Assembly: GCA_951406725.2 (NCBI GenBank)
Contig: OX597815.1
Coordinates: 91,016,001-91,080,000, forward strand
Length of the DNA: 64,000 nt
Reading direction: 5' to 3'
Source of the DNA: Octopus vulgaris
Taxonomy: Eukaryota
Part shown: positions 12,950 to 26,054 of the stretch, piece by piece
How positions within the stretch are numbered: position 1 is the first letter of the stretch
Layout: the number at the start of each line of letters is the position of its first letter
The notes under the pieces: generated by a model
Told to the model about the DNA's origin: nothing
The model's database searches: none
The model's input: only the letters and a program-made list of their open reading frames with translations
Program-made: the position numbers and the translations under genes

Positions 12950-14538
12950 TTGCGGCCAAAATGTTCAGAACGGCATGGTACAATTTTTTATCTAAGTTGT
13001 TTGATATTCTATAATTTTCACAGACAATAAATACAATATTATTTGTTATTGTCTGAGATTTTGGTGTAATTTGAGAGGATAATACAAAAGTCATGGATGA
13101 TTTAGTGATTTACTGCAAAACCCATGGCGGCCAAAATGATCAGAACGGTTGCTTTTACTCCGTGTTTTAGTATATTGAACCGGCGAACTCTAATGTTTTG
13201 AATTTGTTTACTTGACGGTTCGTTTACTAAACATTAGTAAGAATATCTGCAGTGTACTTTGTTTATATAATGCCACTTACTCCGTTACCAATTCGTCAGC
13301 AGATTATTAAGCTTCGAAAGAAGGATAATTTAAGTATTGGGTCTATTGCAAAGATTGTTAACAAGTCAAAAAGTGTTGTTCATGGTATTCTTAAGGTCTT
13401 CGATGATTGTGGTTCGTGTGAAGCAAGAAAGTCTACATGTAGGCCAAGAAAAACGACCAAGAGAGAATATCGTGCTATGGTAAAGTTGGTTAAAAAGGAC
13501 ATATTTAAAACTGCTGCTGCCGTTTCTCGGGAAATGAGCATTGTACTGAAGAAAACTTTATCTCGAAAAACTGTGTCTCGTCGTTTAGTTGAACATGACC
13601 TACAAGCAAGAGCACCTGCAGTGAAGCCACTGATCAGCTCCAAGAATAAAAAGTGTTGTCTTACCTTTGCAACCGAACATGTGTGGTGGTCTCAAGAAAA
13701 ATGGCAAACGGTGCATTTCAGTGATGAATCTAAGTTTATGTTATTTGCCTCAGATGGGAAAAGGTACGTTCGTCGAAAAGTAGGTGAAAAATTGTCGACT
13801 AAATGCCTTAAGACTAGTGTTAAATTCGGTGGAGGAAGTGTCATGGTTTGGGGGATGATATCTGGAGATGGTGTGGGCCCTGTGGTGCGATTACATGGAA
13901 AGTAAAATGCAGGAGTTTATAAACAACTTGTAAAAGATCATGTCTTGCCTGTGCTGAGAAATTCAACTAAGCGACCACCCATATTCATGCAGGACAATGC
14001 CCCATGTCACAAGGCTAAAGTGGTCATGAACTTCCTCAAGGCTGAAAAGGTTATTGTTATGGATTGGCCTGCTCAAAGCCCAGATCTCAATCCTATTGAA
14101 AATGTGTGGAATATTCTAGGAGAACGTTCGAAAGCCAGAACTCCTAAAACAACTGAGCAATTATGGAATGCCCATCAGGAAGAAAATTGAATAAGATTAC
14201 CCAGCAAGAAATTAAAAATTTCGTTTCCTCATGCAGTCGAAGATGTCAAAGTGTGATTGAAGCTAAAGGGCTTCACGCTAAATATTAAATAATTCCAGTA
14301 TTCTCCGTCATTTTTTATTATTCTGTTATTTTTTCAACCGTTCTGATCATTTTGACCTGTATGGGTTCTGCAGTAAATCACTAAATCATCCATAACTTTT
14401 GTATTATCCTCAGACAATAACAAATAATATTGTATTTATTGTGTGGGAAAATTATAGAATACAAAACAACTTTGATAAAAAATTGTACCTACTTTTCTGA
14501 CGAAAACAATGCCGTTCTGAACATTTTGGCCGCAACTG
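12947..14538 (+). mobile_element. full-length Tc1-family transposon, IR/DR type, in (TA)n
   Basis: Ends cagttgcggccaaaatgttcagaacggc / gccgttctgaacattttggccgcaactg. About 200-bp TIRs with inner direct repeat gcggccaaaatgatcagaacgg (about 13127-13148, mirrored about 14338-14357). TA flanks. Confidence 0.95.
13270..14289 (+). pseudogene. Tc1 transposase, DD34E, two frameshifts (about 13903 and 14185)
   Basis: ORFs 13252..13905 and 13945..14190 contain an HTH region, VHFSDESKF, FGGGSVMVWG, FMQDNAPCH and WPAQSPDLNPIENVW (34 residues between D and E), ending GLHAKY-stop. Confidence 0.93.
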
Positions 14539-14549
14539 TATATATATAT

Positions 14550-14605
<56 letters not shown>

Positions 14606-14783
14606 TTATTTTAAAATAGTGTACACTATTTTAAAATAAGAATATGTTGTCTATTGACTATTTATACATGCTAGGCCACTGGTGGTGATATTTATAACGA
14701 ATATTCGCTACCCTATATATGTATCTTATATTTATATATATATATATATTTATACACACACACACACGCACACACACACACAG

Positions 14784-14860
<77 letters not shown>

Positions 14861-14861
14861 T

Positions 14862-14942
14862 ATAATATTTAGGTAGTGGGTAGCGATTTTCTTCACTACT
14901 TCAGGGAGTGACGACTCTGCCTGTATATATATTTATATATAT

Positions 14943-14981
<39 letters not shown>

Positions 14982-15330
14982 CATATATATATAATATTTA
15001 GGTAGTGGGTAGCGATTTTCTTCACTACTTCGGGGAGTGACGACTCTGCCTGACACGAGTCCCGGGCTCAGCTTGCTCCGGCTGACAGTACCCGGTAGGT
15101 GGTTTAGTGTTCGACTCGACACTCTTCGGGCAGCTCCTACAACGAAGCTGGTGCCAAACGTCAGCATGGTCGAGAGATGAATTCTGACGATTTGGGCTAC
15201 CCAGGACTTTCTTACATCTAGCCCAGGTCTGCGCAAAACTGGAGAGGACGTGTAATGTAAAAACCAGACTGGATTAGTTTATGCGCAACTCCATTGTCTC
15301 CTGAGACAAAAGGATGCCAACAACAATAGG
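14862..15330 (+). mobile_element. interspersed repeat (possibly RTE-UTR-related SINE) with duplicated 5' 60 bp
   Basis: tataatatttaggtagtgggtagcgattttcttcactacttc..ggagtgacgactctgcctg occurs at 14862-14923 and again at 14990-15051. Only the second copy continues, ending in a caacaacaa tail. Confidence 0.5.
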
Positions 15331-15344
15331 TGATATATACACCA

Positions 15345-15475
15345 GGAGCTTATTTCAGTTTCCGTCTACCTAATCTTCTCACAAGACTTTGATCTGCCGG
15401 AGGCTGTAGTAGAAGATGCCGGAACCATGTGGCTGGGAAGCAAGCCTCTTAAGCACACAGCCACTCCTGCGCCTG
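15345..15475 (-). mobile_element. tRNA-derived SINE, truncated
   Basis: Minus strand begins aggcgcaggagtggctgtgtg...cccagccacatggttccgg, a tRNA-like A/B-box head. Confidence 0.7.
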
Positions 15476-15562
15476 CATGCATATTTTTCTATATATACAT
15501 ATGTGTATGTGTTTGTGCGTCTGTGTGTGTGTAGTTCTGCCTATATGCATATATATGAGCTT

Positions 15563-15600
<38 letters not shown>

Positions 15601-15889
15601 CATACTGTTGTATGTTGGGATAGTCATTTTTGTTCTTCACTCGTTTATTATTGTTGTTTTTTTAATTTTAAGTCATGTCCGTTGTCCGGAAATCTTTCGT
15701 CACATATCTGTGACCACTTCAGCGACACTTTTCGTTTTCGTGTGTACTCTTGTTCCATTTACTTCAAACTGTCGTTGTTTCTACCTTACTCTATGGTTGT
15801 GAAATATGGATTTGTACCGACGAGATATTCGATAACTAGAAAGTTACCATCAACAAAATTTGCCTTCAGTTACGAAAATCGAATGGAAT

Positions 15890-16200
15890 TGCTATGTCAA
15901 CAACATTGCAGTTCTTCACGAGTACAACGCCAAAAGCACTGCCATCAAATATCGCTTCAGAAAAGAACACTAGGCTGCCACTTCAGATCCTCCACAGAGA
16001 ACTCATTACCAGTAAGATATCATGCGGGTATCTCATGCGACGCAACAAAGACAAACTGAAACAGAAGATGGAAAGCACCAATATTGACTCTAAATTATGG
16101 GAGTATCACGCAGATAACAGAACAGCGTGGTGTCACATCATTACGACTGGTGTCTAACATTTTGGAAAACATTGTCGAAGAAATGAAGATAAACGGTTAC
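15890..16200 (+). pseudogene. RTE-clade LINE, 3' end of RT ORF (degraded)
   Basis: ORF 15894..16157 has RLPLQILHRELITSKISCGYLMRRNKDKLKQKMESTNIDSKLWEYHADNRTAWCHIITTGV, matching the RTE C-terminal pattern RLPKQ.LY.EL..GKR..G....RYKD.LK........ID...WE..A.DR..W...I..GV. Confidence 0.8.
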
Positions 16201-17481
16201 GAAGAAACACCTACCAACCCCAACCAAGGCCTCTACCGGCCATCAATTGAGACTTCACGCCCAAGTCGGTCTTATCGGGTATCAAAGAGAAAGTACATAA
16301 AGGAGAAAGTACAAATAAAGGAATACTCGGAAACGAGTAGGAGGCGACCACGACGATAATCACACGCACACACACGTATGCAGACATATATGTATATATA
16401 TGTATACACACACATATATATGTATATGTGCATATGTATGCATGTATGCATTTATGCATTAATGCGTATATACGTGTGTATGTGAATACGCAGAAGTGAG
16501 GAAATATTCATTCTTACATATACATGTGTGTGTGTGTGTGTGTGTGTTTGAGAATGTACTACAGTTTCTCACGATACTTCCGCGATCTGCGATAGCCGAC
16601 TTCGAACTCTTGTCTTGCAATGGTGTATGAAGTAATAATTTCCCACGTGCTGTGTATTAACTTAGTTTCACTGTTCGCTTACTTCTGTGATCTTTTTTTA
16701 AAAAGGTTGTTTCTTTGCATCATTCAAAGAAAATAACTATGTATTTTGTTTTATTTTGTTTTTGCGCTTTTTTTGCTGTTGTTTTTTTATAGTTTTTACC
16801 AGAATTATATTAATAGTAAAAATTATAGAGGATAAGCATTCATTTTCCGGGAGAATGAATAGTATCCTATACCAACGTGTCTGTATTTGATGTCATGATG
16901 TATCACAAGGCTAAGTTCTACACTCAGAAAATATTTCTCACACAATAACATCACATCAAAAGCATGCTTCCTTAGACGTTGTCCAATCAGATCAGTGAAT
17001 GGCTCGGCACACAACGTTCGACGAGGCGTGTGTCTGAAAATAAGCGCATGGCAACATCTATACAGTTTCTCTGAACAGTCATAGCGAATAACAACGCCGC
17101 TACACAAACATCACATTTGATGAGCAGTTTTAAAATCCGAAAGCGTTCGCGATTTAATATCATTTCCCCCAATACTGTTCAGTCTGCGGGTATTTAATTA
17201 AGCACTTTATTTTACATTAAGTGATCCCTACCCCTAACAATCAACCGATTACTCTCTCTGCATATGTGTATCTAAATTTCTCTTTCTCCACTTATCTAGC
17301 CAACCACTTATATAAAGCTAAACACATCTCTATGTCAGGGTCAGATCTACCACTAGGCGAACTAGGCGACTGCCGAGGGCGGCAACATCTGAGGTCGACA
17401 AAATCTTGGGATGTCTTGGGAGGTGCTGGCTTAGGAAAGAGAGCATCAGAACTTTATAATTATAAAGTGATAATTTTGTTA

Positions 17482-19306
17482 TCTATATATATAAAACACA
17501 GGATGTGTCTGTGTGTTTGTCATGTCGTTATAACTCGAGATCCACCCAACCGATTTTAATGAAATTTTACACATATATTACATAGAGTACATGGAGTGTC
17601 TTGGACCATAAACATTTTCAACTTCTTGCCTAATGCAGGCCCAGGAGCAGATAAACCGTATTTTTAAGCATTTTCGTAGCGTTAAGGCCTGTAACTTGAA
17701 GAGTATCCAGTCGTTTTCCTCCAAATTTGCAGCAAACACTAATCTCGAATTACTGTTGACTAAAAAACTTTCCGACGCCGACAATGGGGGAATAATCAGA
17801 TTTGAATATACTGCATTGGGTTTTATCTTTGTTTTAGGCCATTTTCCGACGATAAAATATTGACACTACTTATGCATTATAAGTAGCGTATAATATTTCA
17901 TGAAAACTCTTTTTGTCCAGTTTCGCAGACGAAATGAGAAGAACGTTCAAATTTTTGTCGGCGCCCTGTTGATGCTTCATGTTACCATCCTGCGCAACAC
18001 TGGGCCATGTGCGCGTGTGCGCCTGGGTAAAGGCACAACAAACCCATTCAACCATTCTCCAGAAGTGCTCTGTTGATATTTCATGTTTCCAATCCTGAGC
18101 AACGCTGCATGGCCCGGCAGCATGTCTGCTTTCTGTGTCATCCATATTTGAACTATATAATGCTAAATTTTCATACAAAAGAAACAAACTGCTGTTGTGA
18201 CTCACAGCCATTTGAGTTTCACCGCGTGACCACTTCCAGAAGCTACGCTCACCACCTGAAATTAGTCCCTCTGTGTTCCCTCCCCCGTTTAGTCGGACGG
18301 ATAAATACAGGGTGTCCTGGAATTAGTGATGATTTGAGTGAAATCGGATGCATTTTTTTTTAAACTCACTATTATTCATGTTTATCATGTTTAATATGTG
18401 TTAATATGTATAAATTTTGAATTTTGTTTATAATTTTATTTTCATTCCTGTTGGACCCGCTCTTATTTGTTCACGGCAGCTTTTTTTCAATTTGGCAGCA
18501 GCCATTTTCTTTACCCCCATCCTCCAGATTGAGAAACCGTTTCAATGAGCTTGAAGAACACATTCAGTTAGCAGTGCAGGAGCTAGCTCCTGAAATACTT
18601 CAAAATGTGTTTCACAACGCTAAGGTCAGATTCAAAGTATGCAGGGATACAGACATGTTGAAACTTTTCAATAAAAGTTTGACGTAAGATTCATATATCT
18701 ATTTGTTTTGGTAATAAACATAAAATTCTGTCAGTTTTTTTTTTTAATTTGCTCAATTTCATTGAAACAGTAAATTTTGGAACACCCTGTGTGCTGTAGC
18801 GCTCTTAGTTGTTGCGCTGCTCGAGTGAATGTTAAAATCAAAAGTCTTCTCACCGTAAACATCCCCATTTTTTTTTTGTTGAGCCCATTGTATCAAGGAG
18901 TATATTATCCAAAATGTATCTCTTCTTTATAGGCGTGGTTGTTTGATTGAGAAGTTTGATTTCCAACCATGTCACCTTGCTTTCCAAACATGTCCCACTG
19001 TGTGGCACGTTCGGCAATTCTCTTCATTACAGTTCCGTGCCGACCAAAGCCTTTTGTATTATATAATTGTCATTACTGTAATAATACATAAAATAACACA
19101 TACAACCTCACTTATTATCATATAATAAACAAACAGAAATTCGTGTATGAAATTGATCTTTTTTTACTTCAATTATTACATGTTTTTTTTCTTATAAAAT
19201 ACGCACGTATATGAGGTGTAAATCTATATATATAACAACACGTTGAATGTGGCTCACGAGAAAGAATAAAAGTAATTACCCGATCAATGACGGGTATTAC
19301 TGCTAG
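17482..19306 (+). mobile_element. non-autonomous Helitron nested in the hAT element
   Basis: Inserted between A and T. 5' TCtatatatataaaa; 3' hairpin acccg-atcaatga-cgggt, then attactgCTAG. Confidence 0.85.
18308..18789 (+). mobile_element. Tc1/IS630-like MITE nested in the Helitron
   Basis: TIRs cagggtgtcctggaattagtg / cagtaaattttggaacaccctg, preceded by TA. Internal ELEEHIQLAVQELAPEILQNVFHNAKVRFKVC resembles a Tc1-like transposase C-terminus. Confidence 0.7.
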
Positions 19307-19374
19307 TTATAATTTTTTTTTTAAATCACTTATCAAATCATCAGCCCTTAGTAAGTAAAATTCACTTACAGAAA

Positions 19375-21348
19375 ATGGTTCAGATAATTGGAAAAATATT
19401 ACAGCACTCCTCTCTTCTCGTGAAAAATATTAATGGTCATTTAGAAAACTTTCAAAGATGGAAAGAACTTGAAATACGACTGAAAACACAAAAAACAATT
19501 GATAAAACAAAATTACGAGAGCTGAAGCACAAAGAATACTGGCACCTAGTATTAATAAGATTAGTTTCTTTAGTAAGAGTTTTGGGTGAATAAAATCTGC
19601 CCTTTCGTGAAAGTAATGAAAGGTTATGCAATTCAAATAACGGGAACTTCTTAAAATTTGTGGAGTATCTGGCAGAGTTTGGTCCAATTATGAAAGAGCA
19701 TCTGCATAAAGTAAGGAATCATGAGACATTTGTGCATTATCTTGCTAAAGGTATTCAAAATGAGTTAATTCAACTCACTGCATCAGTTACTTAAAAGAAA
19801 ATGATAGAAGTTATCCAGGCTGCAAAATATTTCTCCATTATTTTAGATTGCACATCTGATGTAAGCCATGTAGAACAAATGACAAACTTGGGTAAAAACT
19901 ATGAAGAAATGGCAGGTTATATCCACACAGGAAAATCGGAAATGACCATTAGGGAACACTTTTTTGGATTTATTCCACTAAAGAAAGCTACAGGTGCTTT
20001 CACCACAGACACCATTCTAGAGAAACTTCATGAAGTGTCTTTATCAGTTGAAAATTCGCATGGCCAAGAATAAGATAATGGAAGCAATATGAAAGGTAAA
20101 GATAATGGAGTGCAGAGAAGATTACTGAATATTAATCGGAGGGCATATTTGGTTCCATGCAGTACTCATGGTTTGAATTTAGTGGTCAATGATACTGCCA
20201 GGTGCTGTTTAGATGCAACAAAGCTTTTTGACCTGGTACAATGTATTTATATCTACTTTTCTTCCTCAACATGTCGATGGGAAGTTCTGAAATCTCATGT
20301 GACATCATTAACTGTGAAACCATTAAGTGAAATAAGATGGGAGAGTAGAATTGATGACCTTAAGCCCCTTCGTTATGAGCTTGGCAAAATTTATGATGCT
20401 TTAATTGAAATTGCTGATGATGCTAACCCCAAAAGGTTCAAGTGGAACTTCTTCACGTGTAGATGTTCAATCTCTTGTCAACTAGATTTCTAAGTTCGGT
20501 TTTGTGACCTCATTAATTCTTACGTATAATATTCTTTTTGAAATTAACATTGCGTGCAAAAAATTGCAGTCAAAAGATTTAACCATAGACTCTGCACTTA
20601 AAGAGTTTGAACAAACAAAGAAGTATCTTATTAACTGCAGGAGTAATAAAAAAATTGAACAAGTACTTGTTGATGCTCGTGGGATAGCTGATGAATTTGG
20701 TATGTGTGCAGAATTTGAAGCAAAGTCAGTGCGCATTAGAAGAAAGAAATAACAATTCTCATACGAAGGAAAAAATGAACCTATCTAGGATAGTAAACAA
20801 AACTACAAATATTTTTTTTTTTTTGCCATACTGGATACAACAATTAATTCAGTTTCAGAACGCTTTGATCAACTGAAACAAGTAAACTCCATCTTCGGAT
20901 TTCTGTATGATGTAAAATCTTTGCAATATAAAATTTCTCATGAAGTAATGAAATTTTGCATAAAACTTGAGTCTGCACTACAGGTTGGAGAGTCAAAGGA
21001 TATTGATGCTAAATATTTGTCTAATGGACTGAATGTCATATCAAGAAGACATGAAACATCCTATAGTCCTCTGAAAGCGCTTGAGCTATTTTGCGAGTAG
21101 GCAACAATGAGAAAGCTTTCCAAATTTGTACATCGCTCTCAGAATCAAGCTAACCCTACCAGTAAGTGTGGCAAGCGGAGAACGTAGCTTTTTCAAAAAT
21201 AAAAACATATCTAAGAATTTCAACGGCCCAAGAGAGGCTCACCGAACTAGCTATGATTTCCATAGAACATGAAATTTGTTGAAAATTTCCATTCCAAGAG
21301 CTTATAAAAGATTTTGCATGACAGAAAGCTTACAAAATTAGCTTTTAA
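19375..21348 (+). pseudogene. hAT transposase (DUF4371 plus dimerisation-domain type), many stops and frameshifts
   Basis: NNGNFLKFVEYLAEF, KYFSIILDCTSDVSHVEQM, DNGSNMKGKDNGVQRRLL, VPCSTHGLNLVVND, VKPLSEIRWESRID and C-terminal LTLPVSVASGERSF. Confidence 0.9.
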
Positions 21349-22194
21349 GTACCAAGAGTAAAAAAAACAACAGTATTTAAATATTTTAACATCCCGGTCG
21401 ATCCACTGCTTACTTACATTAAATGTCGGTGCCCCAGCATGGCCACAGCTTGTGAGCTGAAACTAGATAAAATAAATAATTAAAAATTAAAAAAACACCT
21501 TTGAGTCAAATCAAACCAAAGAAGGAGAATACAAACAAGGGCTTGATGAACTATTATTTATTCACCATATTTGCTCGCATCCAACTGGTAAAATATTGAA
21601 TTTTCAATACATCATGTTTATTAGTTATTATATATTTTTCATTAATCTTTAAGAAATAAATTTTAACATTTTCCTTTTTTAAGTGACTTCAAATTGCTCC
21701 TATGCTTATTCATATTTCTAATAACTTTCTTGAGGAAATCCCCAGCTTGTTGGGCTCGCTTCGCTTACCTTTCCACCACACTGTGGAAGTGGGGATGCGT
21801 TTAAAATTTGATTCACCTATGGCATCAGTTACCCAAAGGCGGCCCTGCTGTATGTATCTATCTACGGATATATTTATAAACTATATATTTATCCATCTAG
21901 CTATCCGTCTAACCATAGATTTTTTTTAAAACGTTAAACCTTTCTATCTATCTGTACAAAGGCGTACATCCTGCGAAACTCTTTCAGAACTAAAACAACA
22001 AAGCTCTTCTTGCTTGTTTGTTTGTTTCATTCGTTATACTGATACACTGGGTGCTTCTAGTCATTAGTTAATATTAGGTCCTCACATCGTCAACTAATCT
22101 GTTACTATCTGTTCTAATATATCTGGTGGGTAGTTTTTATATCCTATCTATGAATAATATCAGTCTCGCACGGAGCATTGAAATTCGAAGGCGC

Positions 22195-22588
22195 TATCCT
22201 CGCCTCGTGGCACTCCGTCAGTTACGATGAAGGGGGTTCCAGCTGATCCGATCAGCGGAACTGCCACCTCGTGAAATTAACGTGCAAGTGGCTGAGCACT
22301 TCACATACATGTTTACCCTTAACATAGTTCTCAGGAAGATTCAGCGTGACACAGAATGTGACAAGACTGGCTCTTTGAAATACAGGTACAACAGAAACAG
22401 GAAGAAAGAGTAAGAGAAAGTTGTATTGAAAGAGTACAACAAGGTTTACCACCACCCCCTGCCTGAGCCTCGTGGAGCTTTAGGTGTTTTCGCCCAATAA
22501 ACACTCACAACGGCCGGTGTGAGAATCGAAACCAAGATCCTACGACCGCAAGCCCGCTGCCCTAACTACTGGGTCATTGCGCCTCCAC
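22195..22588 (-). mobile_element. tRNA-derived SINE, near full length (octopus OR/OK-type)
   Basis: Minus head gtggaggcgcaatgacccagtagttagggcagcggg...ggtttcgattctcacaccggcc has A/B boxes. Related head at 30445. Confidence 0.8.
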
Positions 22589-22686
22589 GAAGGTGCTATA
22601 CTCACATATATACGTGTAATGTATGTTTGCGCTTCTGTGTATGTACACGTAAACGCACGCACGCACATCACAGACATATATGTATG

Positions 22687-22732
<46 letters not shown>

Positions 22733-22735
<3 letters not shown>

Positions 22736-23029
22736 AATGTGAGGATAAAATTCTTTTCGAAAAAAAATATTTTCTCGAAAAAAAATTTATCAATGGCCAG
22801 TATATTAAAAAATACCTTTAACGGTTAAATTTATAAACAATTCATAAATGAGGGCAAAGGAAAAATATTCTAATGCCAAATATGCCTAAAAATTGGACAT
22901 ATTGTCCATTAACCATATAATTTTTTCACAATACGCACGCTATTGTGAAAAAATTATTTGGTTAATGGACAATATGTCCAATTTTTCGGCATATTTGGCA
23001 TTAGAATTTTTTTCCTTTGCCCTCATTTA

Positions 23030-23034
<5 letters not shown>
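22733..23034. mobile_element. (TA)n-embedded fold-back element B, arms 22840-22933 and 22941-23034
   Basis: 94-bp near-perfect arms, 7-nt loop cgcacgc, about 105-bp unique left extension homologous to that of element E. Confidence 0.85.
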
Positions 23035-23075
<41 letters not shown>

Positions 23076-23079
<4 letters not shown>

Positions 23080-23300
23080 ATCCAAACAAGAAAACACAAA
23101 AAAAAACAAAAAAACACAGCAACGCGAGGACGTGGAACAAATAAAGTATTATTGGACGCTCAGGAAAGAAGGGAAGAAGGAGGGCTTAACGTTTCGAGCA
23201 GAGCTCTTCGTCGGAAACATAGGAGAAGGAAAGATCCCGAGAAGGGAAGACAGAGGAAAAAAATCGGCAGCGGTACTCACGAGGTCACATATTGAAAGCA
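23076..23300 (-). mobile_element. short hammerhead-bearing element ending in (TA)n
   Basis: Distant homolog of 35050-35246 (shared gaagagc..gctcgaaacgt, ttcctgagcg, taatac..ttatttgt). Confidence 0.65.
23184..23218 (-). ncRNA. minimal hammerhead motif
   Basis: Minus: gttt CCGACGA a gagc-tct-gctc GAAAC GTT aagc; palindromic AACGTT. Confidence 0.6.
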
Positions 23301-24242
23301 GTTTAAAAAAATCTCAATGACTGAAACCGCTACTGAAATGTTTTTATATACATGCATTTATATATAAACATATACATATATACACTTGCAATAGACAAAC
23401 ATAGAGAGAGGTGGGGAGAGAGAGAGTTTGTTAACTTGATGGATCTTGCGAAAGTAATATACAGTCAATAAGTAAATGGAAGAGTATAAAATGTAAAATT
23501 TGTGGGAAACAAAGAGAATGGCAGTGCTTCCAATAAACGGGAGATGTGAAGCATTTGTAGCTAAATTCAGCAAAGAATATTCTTGGGCTGAAAAGTGAAG
23601 CGGAAAGTGTTTCATTATGAATATATTACACACAACTGAATTTTTTTTTCAATATTTTTTTTTGACCGAAGACCCAATATCAGGAACTAGTAAAACAAAA
23701 CACTTGCGGTATAGACGGGATAGTTAAATAGTTATAGCTACTCAAAGCTTGGTACAGTGGCTGGATAGGTACGTGGGGAAAGTGTGGAACGATGTGACGC
23801 AAATAACTCGGACAATCCCTGGTAGGAACTGTGTCAGCTAAACCGACTGATGACGAAAGTACTGTAAACTAAAGTCGACAGTTGATAAACAGAGCGATCC
23901 TTACCTCCAAGATGTGGCTTTTATATCTGCATCCATTGATGCATGTTCACTCTTATACGCGCGCTCAAATACATGAAATATAAGTCATTTTTCAAGGTTT
24001 ATGTATATTAGATATACATGTATATGTGTGTAAATGCGTATGTACACGTAGGTGCATAAATATTTAATCAGATGTATATAGGCACATACATAAATGTGCA
24101 GACACGTATATATTCATAAGTACGTAGAAGAAGCGCGCAAACACGCACAAACATTTACACGTTCGCGCGAGCAAGTGAGCGCGCGCACACACACAAACAC
24201 ACACACTCAAACACAAACATAAGCATAAATATAGAAAAAGAA

Positions 24243-24260
24243 ATAGACAGACAGACAGAT

Positions 24261-24324
<64 letters not shown>

Positions 24325-24356
24325 ACAGAAAGATAGCTAGCTAGCTAGCCAGATAG

Positions 24357-24437
<81 letters not shown>
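24243..24437. repeat. (GACA)/(GATA)n/(GCTA)n/(GA)n compound microsatellite
   Basis: Direct reading. Confidence 0.95.
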
Positions 24438-24439
<2 letters not shown>

Positions 24440-25184
24440 TGCGTTTTACACATTTGTTTCGCTTCTCATCTAAATTTAGCACTGCATATTTTTTTTCATG
24501 GAGATTCTATCTTATAATATTCTTTTCTTGTATCTCGCCTAAATTCTTCCTATTTTTTCAAAGGAATCCCACATTTACACTATTATTGTTGAAATCTAGA
24601 AATCCAACAGATGTTTCAAAGTAACTATTTTTAGTTCATTTTATCTTCTCTCTCTTTCTCTCTCTCTCTTCCTCATACACACATACACACACACAATCTA
24701 TCTCTATCGATTTATTTTCTAGCATGTGAAATTGATAATGAATCCTTGCAAGATTTCTTGTTTTATAATAAAATTGGAACGATAAAAACAAAAAAGCCAA
24801 AGTAATACATAGCTTGTAGAGAAAGTGGAAACTTTGTATTAAATCGTAACTTTCTCCTACAATTTCAATGATATTTTCTTTCCTTTTTTGTCATACACTC
24901 CACACTTTTATATACACCCATACTCTGTTCGCATTTTCTTTGAACTAAGTGGAATCGTTCTTCACTATGTTCTAAATGTATATATTTCTTAGTGTAAAGA
25001 AACTTCTGAAAAGTATATTCTACATTAGAAACCTGGTATTCAAAACCTCAAATCAGAAAGGTTGTCAACTTGTTAACTCTTGGAGTTCTTTACGACAAAA
25101 TCTAATCGCGTGCATAGATTTAGATACATGTCTGAAAATTTTCGAATAGTTTTATCATATCCAAATGTCTTGCAAACAACTTAC

Positions 25185-25217
25185 ACATGCAAGTGCTACC
25201 AGTAGAGAACTCCGCAT
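25185..25217 (-). CDS. candidate first coding exon MRSSLLVALAC (signal-peptide-like)
   Basis: ATG plus 11 codons ending exactly at a consensus donor GTAAGT (25184-25179), in a non-repeat GC-richer island 25190-25400. No downstream exon identified. Confidence 0.25.
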
Positions 25218-26005
25218 ACCGGAAGCCAGCAAGTGTATGGGGTCGTCAGGTGAGAATGCGCGCCGTTTCGGGGCCTACTTTTCGACGGCAAGAATAAGCA
25301 CCGCCCTCCACCCCTCACTGATATGAGGCCCCGCTTGCTAGATCAACTGGTTATTAAATAGCTCACTATTTCTCTAGCCATTGCTCACCGTCTCTTTTTA
25401 ACCAAATCGATGAGAAGTATTGTTTTGCGAAATAATTTTGTTCCTCACCCTCTGCTAACTCTCTCTCTCTTCTTCTTCTTCTTCTTCGTTGTCGTCTTCT
25501 TCTAGCTCTCCTGCTCTCTCACATTCTCTCTCTTTCTCTCTCTTCATTTCAAATAAAATTTAACACGCATATCTCTTGGATACCCACGAGATGATCTGCA
25601 AAAAGCTAGCTTATGTATACAGGAACATATTTTTCTTATTGATAATATGACAACAAATTTAAATACTGCTAATTACTTAACGTATTTCTTAACCATTCAG
25701 ACTTGTAGCTTTAAGTTTCATGTCAAAAACAAAATCTGCCAAAGCCTTTAATAAATTGTTATAGATTTGTTAAGTAGAAATGTTCTTTTTTTTAAGTGGA
25801 CTAATCTATAAATGTCAAACCAGAGAATGAAATTGGGAATATAAATTGAAAACAAAAGGAAAAATTGGAAAGTGATAAATCAAAAATAAATTGTAGAAAA
25901 TCAAGTGAGTGAAAAAAAACTTTGCTACAATAATTTCTTCCAAAATAAAAAAAAAAAAGAATATTTTGTATATACCAAATAATATAGTTGGTACCCTTTA
26001 TCATT

Positions 26006-26046
<41 letters not shown>

Positions 26047-26054
<8 letters not shown>

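Larger units (their letters stand above)
17336..21847 (+). mobile_element. hAT-superfamily transposon (Charlie/ZMYM1-like) with nested insertions
   Basis: Ends cagggtcag... / ...ggcggccctg. Flanking 8-mers ctctatgt and ctgtatgt (7/8 match) fit a hAT TSD. Internal transposase remnant. Confidence 0.85.

Noticed and set aside
16823-17172. Minus-strand ORFs with a possible acceptor near 17035
   Set aside because: No recognisable protein and no linked exon.
22510-22588. tRNA-like sequence (also 15430-15475 and 30445-30515)
   Set aside because: SINE heads with A/B boxes but no complete cloverleaf; they continue into SINE bodies.
23847-23858. CTGATGACGAAA hammerhead-like core
   Set aside because: No stem II and no convincing stem I or III.
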